From the human T2T-CHM13v2.0 reference genome, Homo sapiens: a stretch of 64,000 nt of DNA. The notes beneath the pieces are model-generated. The model searched no databases. It was not told where the DNA came from and saw nothing but the letters and a program-made list of their open reading frames with translations. A program made the translations under genes and the position numbers. The stretch lies in NCBI RefSeq assembly GCF_009914755.1, contig NC_060934.1. One strand, written 5' to 3'. Numbering within the stretch: position 1 is the stretch's first letter; every line of letters begins with the position of its first letter. This document shows positions 27,203-38,661 of this stretch, piece by piece.

Positions 27203-28537
27203 CTTGGGTCCCCTGGGGTGAGGACTGGTTGAAGGAGTGGACACCAAACTGTCTTATGACCTTTAGAGAAATCATGTAAAGTTCATGCCTACTTGGTGGG
27301 CGCATGACCAGCATCAATTTCATGCAAGGGTTGGGAGGTTGGGGACCAGTTAGTAACACTGAGTCATTTCATATAACTCACTGGGTGCACTTTGCAATTT
27401 TAAAAATGTAAGCTCCTGAAAGCTTTTAATTTTCCCATTTACTTTTGGCTGTGGATTTTGCCTCAGCTGAAATGCAAAAGCCTGAGGATTATCTATTTAA
27501 AGCTATCGTCCAAGCTTTACAGTAGGCAAATGCTGTGTCCAGTGTGGAGGTTTACAGATGACAGTTTAAAGAAAAGTCTCGGTTCTGATGCAGCTGTCTT
27601 TGGTTAGCACATTGGAAAGTGTGCTTACCCTCGGAAAGAAACCTCTGGGGGCTAAGAAGTAAGTGGTTTCTGCTTCTGGGGTTTTGTTCAGAAACCCAGA
27701 AAGGCATAAATAGCATCGTTCCAGAAACATTCCTGCCTGGCCCTTTGATCTTGGCCTGGCAGCCATTGCAGGGTGTGCCGCCCACCCACCCTTTGTGGGC
27801 TCAGTCAGTACAGGGTTACGTGCAGCCCTTCAGAGCTGGGGTGGCCATAAAACCAACTAGTGCAACTCCTCAAATCATAGCAGAGGCCCAAGAGGGCAGG
27901 TGCCTTGCCTAAAGGCACAGCAAATCAGTTGCAGAGCTGGGGGTCTTCCTCCTTCAACCTCTGCCCCTTGGCCATCCCCCAACTCAACTGATTATCTGCT
28001 GAAACATGAAGTTGGCAGGTTTTTGTTGTTGTTATTGTGTTTTACCAAGGCACTGATCACCTGAACTTCTTGCTCGGCCAGTCTTTATTCCCAGCCACTG
28101 ACACTAGAGATATGCTCAGGTAAGGCCACCAGAGGCCGGGGTCGAGGGATAGGGAGATGAAGGAGTCGTTACTTCCTCTTTCTGATCTCCTTTCCATAGA
28201 CTCACCCAGTGAGAAACCTAAAACAGCAGCAACTTGTGAGTCAGGGATGTGTGTCTCATCCAAGCCTCCACCCAGGTCTCGAGGCCCTGCCCCAGCATCC
28301 CTGTCTACCAGCTGCCCATCCTGCTTGGATACAGCCAGTAACAGGGAGCCCACTCCCACAGTGGGGCTCAGGCCACCGCCCTCAGCTCTGTCCCCACACA
28401 TCCCCTGTCAGTGTCACAGAGACCATAACTGAGTCATCCTTTTAGAGGTCCCTCTCTAGGAGAGCGTGAACTTGAGGAACTGAGGAAGATGGCACCATGC
28501 CCTCTTCACGGCTTTATCCTAACTCCTGGTTCAGAGA

Positions 28538-28939
28538 TGTTGCTTACAACAGAATACCTGAAACTGGGGGATTTATAAAGAAAAGGAATTTATTTCTTAC
28601 AGTTTTGGAAGCTGAGAAGTCCAAGATTGAGGGGCTGCATCTGGTGAAGTTCTTCTGGCTAGTGGGGACTCTCTGCAGGGTCCTGAGGCAGCCCAGGGCC
28701 TCACATGGGCTGAGCACGCCAGCTCAGGTCTGTCCTCCTCTTCTTAAAAAGCCACCAGTTCCACTCCCACAGTAACCCATTAATCCATTCACCCATAATC
28801 CATGGATAGATGAATCCATTCATGAAGGCAGAGCCCTCATGACCCATTCGCCTCTTAAAGGGCCCATCTCTCAATATTGCCACATTGAAGATTAAGATTC
28901 AACATGAGTTTGGAGGGGACAAATATTCAAATCATAGCA
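28538..28939 (-). mobile_element. MST-family MaLR LTR (MSTC-like)
   Basis: 'acagaatacctgaaactggg...aacccattaatccatt...catgagtttggaggggacaaatattcaaatcatagca'. Confidence 0.85.
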
Positions 28940-29258
28940 GTTGCATCACACACATTTCACTAACAAATAGTTATTGCTGTTTCCCCCAACCTCCAGTCCT
29001 CATTTGTCACGTCTCTGGGCCTCAGAGAACATTCGATTTTCCACAGGAAAGTTCACGGAGCATTGCAAGAGCGTTTGGTGGCCCTCTGAGTCATCTCTTC
29101 TCCTCACGGGACATCCCAGCATCTTCATGGATCCTCAGAGGCACGGGGGGCCACCCTGACCACCCTCCTCAGAGTGAACCTCTGTCTATGTGTCCTTCTT
29201 CATATGTGGTGGCCAGAAACCAGATCATGTGCACAGAACAGACAGGCTCTGGTACCAT

Positions 29259-29662
29259 TGTGTGTGTGTGTGCCTGTGTGTATCTATGTCTGTGTGTCTT
29301 TGAATGTGCCCATATATGGGAGTTTGTGTGTGTGTCTTGGTGACTATGTAAGACTGCATGTGTGAATGTGAGAATGTGTGAGTCTGTGTATTAAGTGTGT
29401 GTATGTATGTGTGTGAGTTTTTATAAATATATGAGAGTGGGTATGTCTGTGTGGATGTGTCTGTGTTTGTATGAATGTGTTTGAGCACGTGTGTGTGTCT
29501 ATGTGTCTGTGTGAGTATGTGTGAGAGAATGTGTAAGAGTGTGTCTGTATGTCTATGTGGTGTGTATGTTTGTGTGTCTTTATGCAAGAGTCTGTGTGTG
29601 TGGATGTGGATGTATGAGAATATGAGTCTGTATGAATGTGACTGGCTGTGTGTTGTGTGTGC
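29259..29662 (+). repeat. Degenerate (TG)n array, about 0.4 kb
   Basis: Continuous tgtg/tatg/tctg low-complexity sequence. Confidence 0.93.
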
Positions 29663-30799
29663 ACATCTGGTTGCCTGTTGGTCTCTGAGTCCTCTCCCAA
29701 TGTCCCTCAGAGGGAAGACTGATGGGGCCACTCTATGGACGGCCCGTGTGAGGAGACCCCTCAGCAGCCCTGAGTGAGGGCCTGGCACCCGGGAAGTGCT
29801 CGGCAGCTGTGAGCCATTACCGTATCAAGATTTGTGTGTATTTAGTGACAAAGGCCCCTGTTGCGTTTCTATTTCCTGCAGGAAGAGTGATTGCAAAGTG
29901 GGGACCTGGAGGCAGCCAGCGGGGAGTCCTGAGAAGTACAAGACCCAGAGGTCTATTCAGAGAGAAACCAAACAGTCCAGAGACGTGGTGGCCACATTCC
30001 CCTCAGCACTGTGAGAAACAACTCTGTTTTACAGATGGAGAGAGGAAATGGAATCCCGGCACATGGAGTGAGGGCAGAAATAAAGATACATCACCCCGCC
30101 CTTCAGAAATCAGGGGAAGGGTGGTGCCAGGGAGTCCTTTCAAAGGCCTGGGATCACCACATGCAGGCAGGACCATGCCACATCTCCCCGCCTTTGGGTG
30201 GTCTCGACAATGCTACAGGGCCTATGTTACAGACGCAGAAAGCTCAGAGGGGTTAAATGACAACTCGGTCACACAGAGCTCCATCAGCAGTGCAGCCGGA
30301 ACTCACACCCAGGTCTGCTGACTCCAGGACCAGTGTTCTGGGCCCCAGAAGCCCCCGTGGGACTTCCTGTGCACACTACCCAACAAAATGAAAACATCCT
30401 CAGCTGTCCCTGTGTGTGAGGCAATTCACATCCTGCTGCCAAGTGTTGCCACCAAATCTCTCTAAATTGGGCAATTAGCAGCATGATTTGTGAAATGAGG
30501 AACAGGATATGCTTTGACCCCTTGAACTTCTTCCCCACTGAACTCTCCAGTTCTAGCTGAGCTTTTAGTTTTAAACGTGGGAGTGGGGTGGGGCAGGAGA
30601 AATTTCCTTAAACCAGCGTTTCTGCCAATAGCCACTTCCTGGGGAACCATCTCTACCTGGATGGTTGAGGTTTCAAAACTAGATTCCAGCAAAATGAAGA
30701 CAAGGCAAACTATGAACTGGAAAAAGTCAGTAGACCACTCACCGCCAAGGGTTGAGAGTCTTAATAGAAAAGTGTGCTTAGAAGATGACAAGCAGGAAA

Positions 30800-31660
30800 G
30801 CAGGCCAAGCGTATGAGTGGGCGACCTCCAGTGAAGAGATGCGAATGGTCATCCGCACAGGGAAAAAATATCAGCCTCACAATTGCTACATAGAGCATGT
30901 GGGAGCCCATGGATTCGGACAGAGCTCCCACACAAGGCCCAAGGCCTCACCAAGATGAAGTTACATGTCACCCAACTGAAGTTATCTGACACGCTGAGAA
31001 ATTGGGAGAGAGACAATAGCCAAATTCCCAAACAGTCCAGTTTTAGCCAGCATCAGGGAAGTCCTGTCTGCTTTAACCCTATAAGGAAAGTCACCACAAA
31101 GTGATCAAACTGTTCTTTGTTTCTGTTTCTTTAGCCCTTTTCTGCCTGTAAAGTCTGCCTCCTCTGTTCCACCCATAGGAGCTCCTTCCTATTACAAGAA
31201 TGGGATGCTTCCCCGTTCATGAACCACAAATAAAAGCCAATTTGATCTTTAAACAAAATTTGTTGAAATTTTGTTCTTTAACACCATTAAAAAAAAAAAA
31301 GGCAAATTAAAACACTAGGATGTCATTTTTCTCCTAATAGATCAACAAAGATAAGACCTAGCCCAGTGAGGAAGCGAAGAAATGAGATCTCCCTAGATTA
31401 ATGCTGGGGTTGAAATTGGCACAGTCTTTCTGAAAGGCCTTTAAGATGTGGGTAAATTTGACCCTGTAACTATTTTTAGACTTTATCCTGAGGGAATTGG
31501 TCAAGATGTAGGTGGAGATGAATATACAAAGATATTTATTGTGTTGTTACCTATAATATTGGGAAATCTGGAAAAAATACCCTAAATGTCCACTAATAAA
31601 TTACTACTCAGGAAAATTACAGTAAACCCATATGAAGCGATACAACGCCACTGTTAGTCA
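30800..31660 (+). mobile_element. L1M fragment interrupted by an LTR
   Basis: L1 ORF2-end motif 'gaagagatgcgaatggtc...tcagcctcac' resumes as 'gcaaattaaaacactaggatgtcatttt' after the LTR. Confidence 0.6.
30898..31283 (+). mobile_element. ERV1 solo LTR, MER34-like
   Basis: 3' end 'aataaaagccaatttgatctttaaacaaaatttgttgaaattttgttctttaaca'. Left boundary approximate. Confidence 0.75.
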
Positions 31661-32366
31661 TTCCATGGCAGTGGAATCTTTGACTCCAAGTCCAGTGTCC
31701 TCCCACAAAGAGAGGCTGCCTCTCAAGTCTGTCCAGAAAGTGCCTCCACCTTCCAATGGCTGTGAACAGCTGGGGAAGTGTCAGTGGCTAACTCCCATGA
31801 AATGGTGAACATGAGGTTCAGGGCTGGGAAGAAGAGCAGGGGATGTGGGCCAGAATGTTTCACTAGCATCCAATTTGAAGCCACATGTTTCCAAATATGA
31901 GGCTAATTAAATAACTCCATCATGTACTTGCATATTTTACCCTTGTTTACTTCATTGTCAACCCCACCCCGCCATTCTGAAGAGGTTTTATGGCCCATGT
32001 GGAGAATAGTGTGAAGAGAGGCCAAAAGTCTTGATTCTCTGACACCTATCAGCTGTGTGATCGTGGACCACTCAGAACCCAGGCACCTCCTCTGAAATAG
32101 CCCCTGGCTAAGGGCCTGGTCTATGCAGGTGTTCACCAAGTGGCTGACATTGCTAGTGGCTGGTTTCCCCCTCTACTTTCTTCCCTAGCAGCCCTCTGAC
32201 TCTTGGGGGCTCCATGATTTTCAGCAGCAATAGCATCCCAGAAAGCTGGGGGAGAGAAGTTTTAAAAGTCCAGGGAAGTTCGGGTAAGCAAAGACCACCC
32301 TTTTCCTCCAGCCAGTGGGGCTCCCTGCTCTTTGAGAGTTCTAAGCACTTGCATGCTGTGCTACCT

Positions 32367-32826
32367 TGTAGTAGGGGCTGCTGGTGCCTCTCCCAGGTCT
32401 CCTCTCTCTACCTGCTTTTGCAGGCAGCACCTGGAAGCTGTGAGGCTGGCCTGCTAACAGCTCACAGCCTTCCCCACCTCCAGAGAGGTGAAGCTTTACC
32501 TGGGAGGCTATGCCCACTCATAGGCCAAGGCCAGTGCAGGAAGGACCCATGGAAGGAAGGATAGATGGGCCTCCCACTCAAGGTGACTTCAACACTGTAA
32601 TCAGCTCATACCCCACCACCCCCACCCCAAGCTCCCCAAGCTCTGGAGCTCTCCAGCCCACCCCACCACCTCCTGGGGTTCAGGCAGAAACAGGTCTCCA
32701 GCAGAGGCCACCCCTTTGCTTAGCTCCTTTCCTGCCCATCACTCTTCCCTGAGAGCTCCTTTCCAATAAACCACTTGAATAAGTCTCTGTTTCAGGCTCT
32801 GCATCAGGGAACCTGCCCTAAGACCA
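32367..32826 (+). mobile_element. LTR16-like ERVL solo LTR
   Basis: 'tgtagtaggggctgctggtgcc' ... 'ccaataaaccacttg...tcaggctctgcatcagggaacctgccctaagac'. Confidence 0.7.
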
Positions 32827-33160
32827 GCTTCAATTCAACTTTCCCGGAATTTCCTGGACACTTCCCCTGCAAGACGCCCTACACCAGAGCTGGGTGATGA
32901 GAAGTCCCAGAGTCATTCTTGGGGTTTCTGTTCCCTGACTATAGTGTCCAAGATGGTCAGAGCTGGAACAAATGGTAGATAACATCTAGTTCAGGGTTTC
33001 CTGAGCATGCTCTGAGGAACATTAATCCCAGACTGGTGGGGGAAAAGGGAATCTGCCTGCAAATGAATGTAAGGAATTCTGGATTAAAAGTTAAGTGGAG
33101 CTCTTTACTGTAGCCCTGCCCATAGCCTTTAATATTCAAATGAGACCTAGAATTTTAGGG

Positions 33161-33370
33161 CTGTGTTTCTCAACCTCAACGCTATAGACATTTGGGACTG
33201 GATGCTTCTTTGCTATGGAGCCATCCTGGGCATTATGGGATGTTAGCAGCCTCCCTGGCCTCCACCTCCTAGATGCCATAGCATCCTCCCACCTTATGAC
33301 AACCAAAAAATGTTTCCAGCCATTGCCAAGTAGCCCCAGAGGGGCAAAATCAGCCTGCCCCAAGTGAAGG
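33161..33370 (+). mobile_element. MER20 (hAT-Charlie), nested in an older DNA element
   Basis: 'gtttctcaacctcaacgctatagacatttgggactggat...gacaaccaaaaaatgtttccagccattgccaag...ggggcaaaatc'. Confidence 0.85.
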
Positions 33371-33767
33371 ATGTTATTCACTAGGTTCTTTTTTTTTTTT
33401 TTTTTTTTTTTTTGTAACATCTCTTAATGTCTCTCAGAACTAGAATTCTGCAGGGCACTATTTGAAAACCACTGATCAAAACCAACATCCATTTTACAGT
33501 TGAACAAACTGAGTCCTTGAAAGAAGACAGGGTCTACCCACAAAAATTAAGAGGATCCACAGCAAATCTGAAATTCAAACCCACGTCCTCAAGGAAATGA
33601 AATTTCTTGAGGGCCTTCCAAAGTAGCCCAGGGTGAAGGCCTCAGGAAGAGCCCAGTGCAGAGTGAGAGTTGACCCATCATAACTAGGGGCCCCGTTTGG
33701 TTAAGGCTGTTTTATCTCCCCAGTGATCTGATCCTTTTATTCACTTCCAGGAACAAGACTGTGCTGA

Positions 33768-34315
33768 TGTCAGAGGCATGTGAACCAGAGCAACTCCATC
33801 TTGAATAAGAGCTGGGTAAAATGAGGCTGAGACCTACTGGGCCACATTCCCAGACTGTTAAGGCATTCTAAGTCACAGGATGAGAGGAGGTCGGCACAAG
33901 ATCAGGCAATAAAGACCTTGCTGATGAAACAGACTGCAGTAAAGAAGCCGGCTAAAGCCCACTAAAACCAAGATGGCCACGAGAGTGACCTCTGGTCATC
34001 TTCACTGCTACACTCCCACCAGCACCACGACAGTTTACAAATGCCATGGCAACGTCAGGAAGTTACCCTATATGGTCTAAAAGGGGAGGCATGAATAATC
34101 CACCCCTTGTTTAGCATATCACCAAGACATAACTATAAAAATAGGCAACGAGCAGCCCTCAGGGCTGCTCTGTCTATGGAGTAGCCATTCTTTCATTCCT
34201 CTACTTTCTCATTCAACTTGCTTTCACTTTACTATTGACTCACCCTGAATTCTTTCTTCCGTGAGATCCAAGAATCCTCTCTTGGAGTCTGGATCGGGAC
34301 CCTTTTCCTGTAACA
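33768..34315 (+). mobile_element. MER41A solo LTR (ERV1)
   Basis: 'tgtcagaggcatgtgaaccagagcaactccatcttgaata'...'ggatcgggacccttttcctgtaaca'. Perfect 4-bp TSD CTGA (33764-33767, 34316-34319). The AATAAA position reads 'attcaa'. Confidence 0.93.
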
Positions 34316-35404
34316 CTGAGGGTCTTTCTGATAGATACCTTCCCGTAGTTATGGAGGAATGGTGGTGAATACATGGGGGAGGCAGCACAGAAATGCTCGA
34401 GAAGCCAAAGAAAGCAGCCCTGGAGCCCTCTCCGAGCCGACACGGGGGCATCCATTCTGCAGTCCCAACGCATTCCACTCTTAATCTCCACGTGAGATGC
34501 GACAGCCGTGCCAGGCTGTAAGCACACACCTGTAGCTTTGTGTTCCAGCACAGAGGAGCATGCCACAATTTTCAATTATGAGAAAGCTTTAACTCAAATC
34601 CCAGGAGCGGAAAACTCATTAATTTATTCAATCCAGCCTCCCTTGCTTCTTGCTAGGTTTTGAAAATTGTCACATGTGTTTGCCTCCACCCCACGTCCCC
34701 AATCCAAGACTGTTCTTTTTGAAAACAGCAGGGTTTTCCTTAACCTACCTTGGAAACGATGTCCCAGGAAAAGCCGGCATCTAATTCATTTCACGTGCTA
34801 AACTATTACAATCGAAAGGCAAAATCTCTACTGTGCAGCTTTAAAAACATCTGTTTTTCTCTTTACTTTGGGGGATAATTATCCTAGCTCCTATTGTGGC
34901 TGCTAATTACGAAGCTAAACCAACCTGCTGAAGGGCTGGCAAGAGGAGGGTTCTTTTCAAAGCATTTCCCCCAGAGCATTAAATCATCCGAAAGTGGAAG
35001 CAGAAAATGCACCAGCACCAGCCTCCCCACCACCTGCTCCCAGGCCTGGCTGACAGGGGCCCTGCAGGAACCTCAACCTCAGGGAGTAGGGGGTGGGGAG
35101 GGGAGATTTCATTTAACCAAACTGCTGGATGTGAATTTTTTTCCTTTTTCCATGAACAAATAATTGATCTGACTGAGAAGTTTTACTTTTTACAGAGACC
35201 AGACCCAGCCAGGATTCCAGAAACTTAACAAACCATATTTTATGTCAAAGAGAGAATAAAAAACAAAGTGTTTACTATTTCTTAAGATTTTATCCAAAGC
35301 CGGAAGTAACATCATTTAAAAGATGACTCTGTAGTAAATCCTCTTAAACCAAAACTAAGATTTTCTTTGCTAAAAGAATGCAATTTGAACCAAAAACAAA
35401 GAAT

Positions 35405-35900
35405 GTTTATTCATTCATTTGTTTGACCTTTTGTGAGTCTCAGTCCCACAGTAGGTACTGAGGACAGGATAGCAGCGAGGCAGGGGCAGCCCCTGTCCTC
35501 ACACAGCTCAGAGTAGGGCTGGGAGGGGGTGAGTACTCCAGAGAAGAAGGCAGGTGACTCTGAGCTGGACCAAGAAGTGTTCTGATGGGGTGGGATGGGG
35601 GCCTGTGAGGCCAGGAGGGTCTTCCCATTCTTGAGCAGTGCCACATGAGGCTTAGAATGAGGCATCTGAATTTTGAGAGGTGAATCAGAATGAGCCCAGG
35701 TTGAGAGAAGGGGCAGGTTTGTAAGATTGCTGCAGACAGCGAGAACAGCACGTGCAAAGGACCTGAGGTTAAGTTCAGGGACAGCTGAGAGGCAAGCAGA
35801 GCCCAGCCCACCAAGGTGCCTAAAGAGCCTAAAGAGCCAGGCCTTTGTCCTGACAGGGCTGGGGAGCCAGGGAAGGCTCCGGGCAGAGGCGTGACCAGCT
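35405..35900 (-). mobile_element. L2
   Basis: 'tttattcattcatttg', 'gaacagcacgtgcaaaggacctgagg', 'ggggagccagggaagg'. Confidence 0.75.
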
Positions 35901-38661
35901 CGCAGTCCCGCTTGACATCAACATGCTCTCCATAATGAAATTGAATGAAAACCTATAATGCAAAAAGCATGCTGAGCCCTGACTTCCGGCTGGGCTATTT
36001 GGGCACAAGAAAGACCCAGGTCCAGAATCAACCTACGGGCTAGGTGCAGAAACTGCCAACCCAGAGGGAAGCCCCCAAGCCGAGGCAGCTGGGCCTTGAA
36101 AGCCAGCACCTCTGAGCAGCCCCCAGACACATCAGTAGCCCCGGTGCGTCTAGAGGATCCCTGTCCCCAGGCGTGGAAGGGGCCACTCACCTGGGAACCA
36201 CAATGACAGCAGCAGCAACAGCAGCCACACGAACCAGTCTCAAGTCAACCGCCCAAAGGGGCCATGTGCCATGTAGAACTCCACATGTGACAGTGGAGAA
36301 ATACAACAAGGTCACGAGTGCCTCCAAGCACCTGTCATCGTCCAACTAGGAAAGCGAACCCTTTGTTCATGCAGCTCAGAAATCAAATTTCTGGAAGAGA
36401 TGCAAATGAGAGAGACCAAGAGAGGGCAAGGAGGCTTTCCTTCACTGGCAGGCAGCGGGAGGGAAGGTAGGAGAGAGGAGGCTAGCCTCATGCTGGGGAC
36501 AGGCAGCAGCTAGGAGACTGTCACAGAGAGGGGACTCGCACATGAAGAGAAATGCTCAGATGGGAATTTGGGGGAGCTCTACTGTGTCCTGTTGGATTAA
36601 GAGACCCCTGCACACATTGTCTTCCACCTGTCTGGGGTCTAACTTGTGTTCTCCTCGGGCCAGTGTATAGACACTGGGCTCAAGGGGGCCCAGGGAGACT
36701 GCAGTTATGGGTGCATTTTCCCATTCTATCCTCACAATGAGCCTGTGAAAAGGTGTCATTATCAACCCCACCCCACGCTGGGACAGAGGCTCAGGGAGGC
36801 TGGAAAATGGCAGAGGCTCCCCAGCTAGCACAGAAGACCCTGATGGAAACGGGCTGACTCTGGCAGCTAGGCTTACTGAGCAGATAGATAAATGCCCCAT
36901 CTGTGCAGCTTTGGAGATGAGGGCACCGCCAGGGACTCTGGGTGATCGTGTCTTAGCCAGAGGGAGAGCTCTTAGAAAGGCTGGTACAGGATGGGCAGCA
37001 CAGGTGATGACGACCACCAAGACAGGGCGAGGCTTTCCCTCTCAGGAAACCAGATCTTCAGAGCTACCCTGCACCACTGCCCCGGGAGCTTCCATCCCTG
37101 GACTCAGGGGACGATGAGATGGCCACTTGGTGAAGCCGAAGTCGTCTTTATGGAGCAGGTTGGAACCATCTCCCATGGCAGTCCCAGAGCCAAGGAAACC
37201 AGAACCAGGCAAGAAAGAGGCCAGGCCCTGCTCCTGGCTTCCGCTGGGCGGTGGGGGTCCTGGGTGACCTTTCCCTGCCCCACAGGCAGCCCCTTTTCTT
37301 CTGCGAGTGGCTGGCAGACTTTGATTTGGGGAAACTGCCTCTGCATAGCCCCTGTCTTGGCGGGACTGTCAGCCAAGGCGTGGTAAGTTGGCCCGAGCCA
37401 GGCCGCTGGGAAGCTTTCTCCCTTGCTTTGGGAGCCTAGGCAGAGTTCCTGCAATGCCATCCTCTGAGGGTTTCCTTGGAGCTCCTCCCAGCACAGTCCT
37501 GTCTGCTGACTCAGTCCAGAGCTCCGCTGTTTGCTTAAGGCAGCCTGCGGGCCCTGCCCTGCGGCATCGGAGGCCCCCGGTGAGACCACGGGGCACAGCG
37601 CCCCTCCAGTCTGCCCCTCCCACTCTTCTTGTCACCGGGGAGCAAGGGGGTCCCTCGCAGGGCCTCTCAGCCCAGACGAGAAAAAGGGCAGAGGAAGCAG
37701 AGGGTCGCAGAAGAGAGAGGTGACAGGAGGAAACGCGGGGCGGGTGGCTGCCACGTTTAGTGTCCACCTGGAGTGGGGCCAGCACAGCTTGGGTGTTGCC
37801 TCGATCTCTGCGAGATCAGCGTCATTATCCCCAGAGACGGGCATCCAAGCCCCTGTCTAGTCCAAGGCGGAGCCACATTCAAACCCAGTTCAGCCCCTGC
37901 ACTGCCCACTCTCCCTGAGTCCCCGACACCCACAGAAAGCCCCTGACGTAAATTCAACTCAGCACAGGGCAGTTCAGCTCTGCACCCATGCACCAGCCCC
38001 GCGGAGGGCCGGCCCCTGGGCTGGGCACTGAGGTACCGAGTTAGCACCAGGGCACCACCCTTGTGGCCAGGGAGAGGGGCCAGCAATGCCTGCCCTTCCC
38101 ATTCGTGCCATAGGATCCCCTCAGCTCATCCTCCCAGCAGCCTGTGAGGGCAGAATTACTGGCTCCATTCGAAGCTTAGGGCCTCAGAGTAATCCGCCCA
38201 CGGTCCCCCAGCGGGGAGATGGCAGTGCCAGGATTTAACTCCACAGGTGTCCTGTTGCCACCCCCTCCTTCCCAGAACAAAACAGATAACACCAGGTGTA
38301 CCCAACCCCGGGGAACTGTGCTAAGTGTTGTGGTTCTGAGGAGGAAATGACTCAGCAGTCAGGAAGTCTTCCTGGATGAGAAGGCAGTGACCGAGCGGGG
38401 AGAATCTCAGCAGCTTCACACAGCCAGGCGGGACACCCCAGCAGAGGAAGGAGAGGCTGGGGAAGAGCAGAGCAGCTGGTGGCCCTGAGTGTGGTGGGAG
38501 CCAGAGGGGGGAAACGGTGCTCGTGCCCAGGGCAAGGGAAATAAGAAAGGGGGAGGGAGAGGCAGCACCGAGGGCCTGCGGGCGCTGGGCTGGAAGCACG
38601 TCAGCAGGGGGGCCACAAAGGGTGTGGTGGGAGAGGACTGGCCCGTGCTGTGGGAAGTGCT

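Noticed and set aside
37540-37760. Locally CpG-richer stretch as a CpG island/promoter, with a CTCF-like 'gcgcccctccag'
   Set aside because: Too short and sparse for an island by eye, and the CTCF match lacks the 5' CC core.
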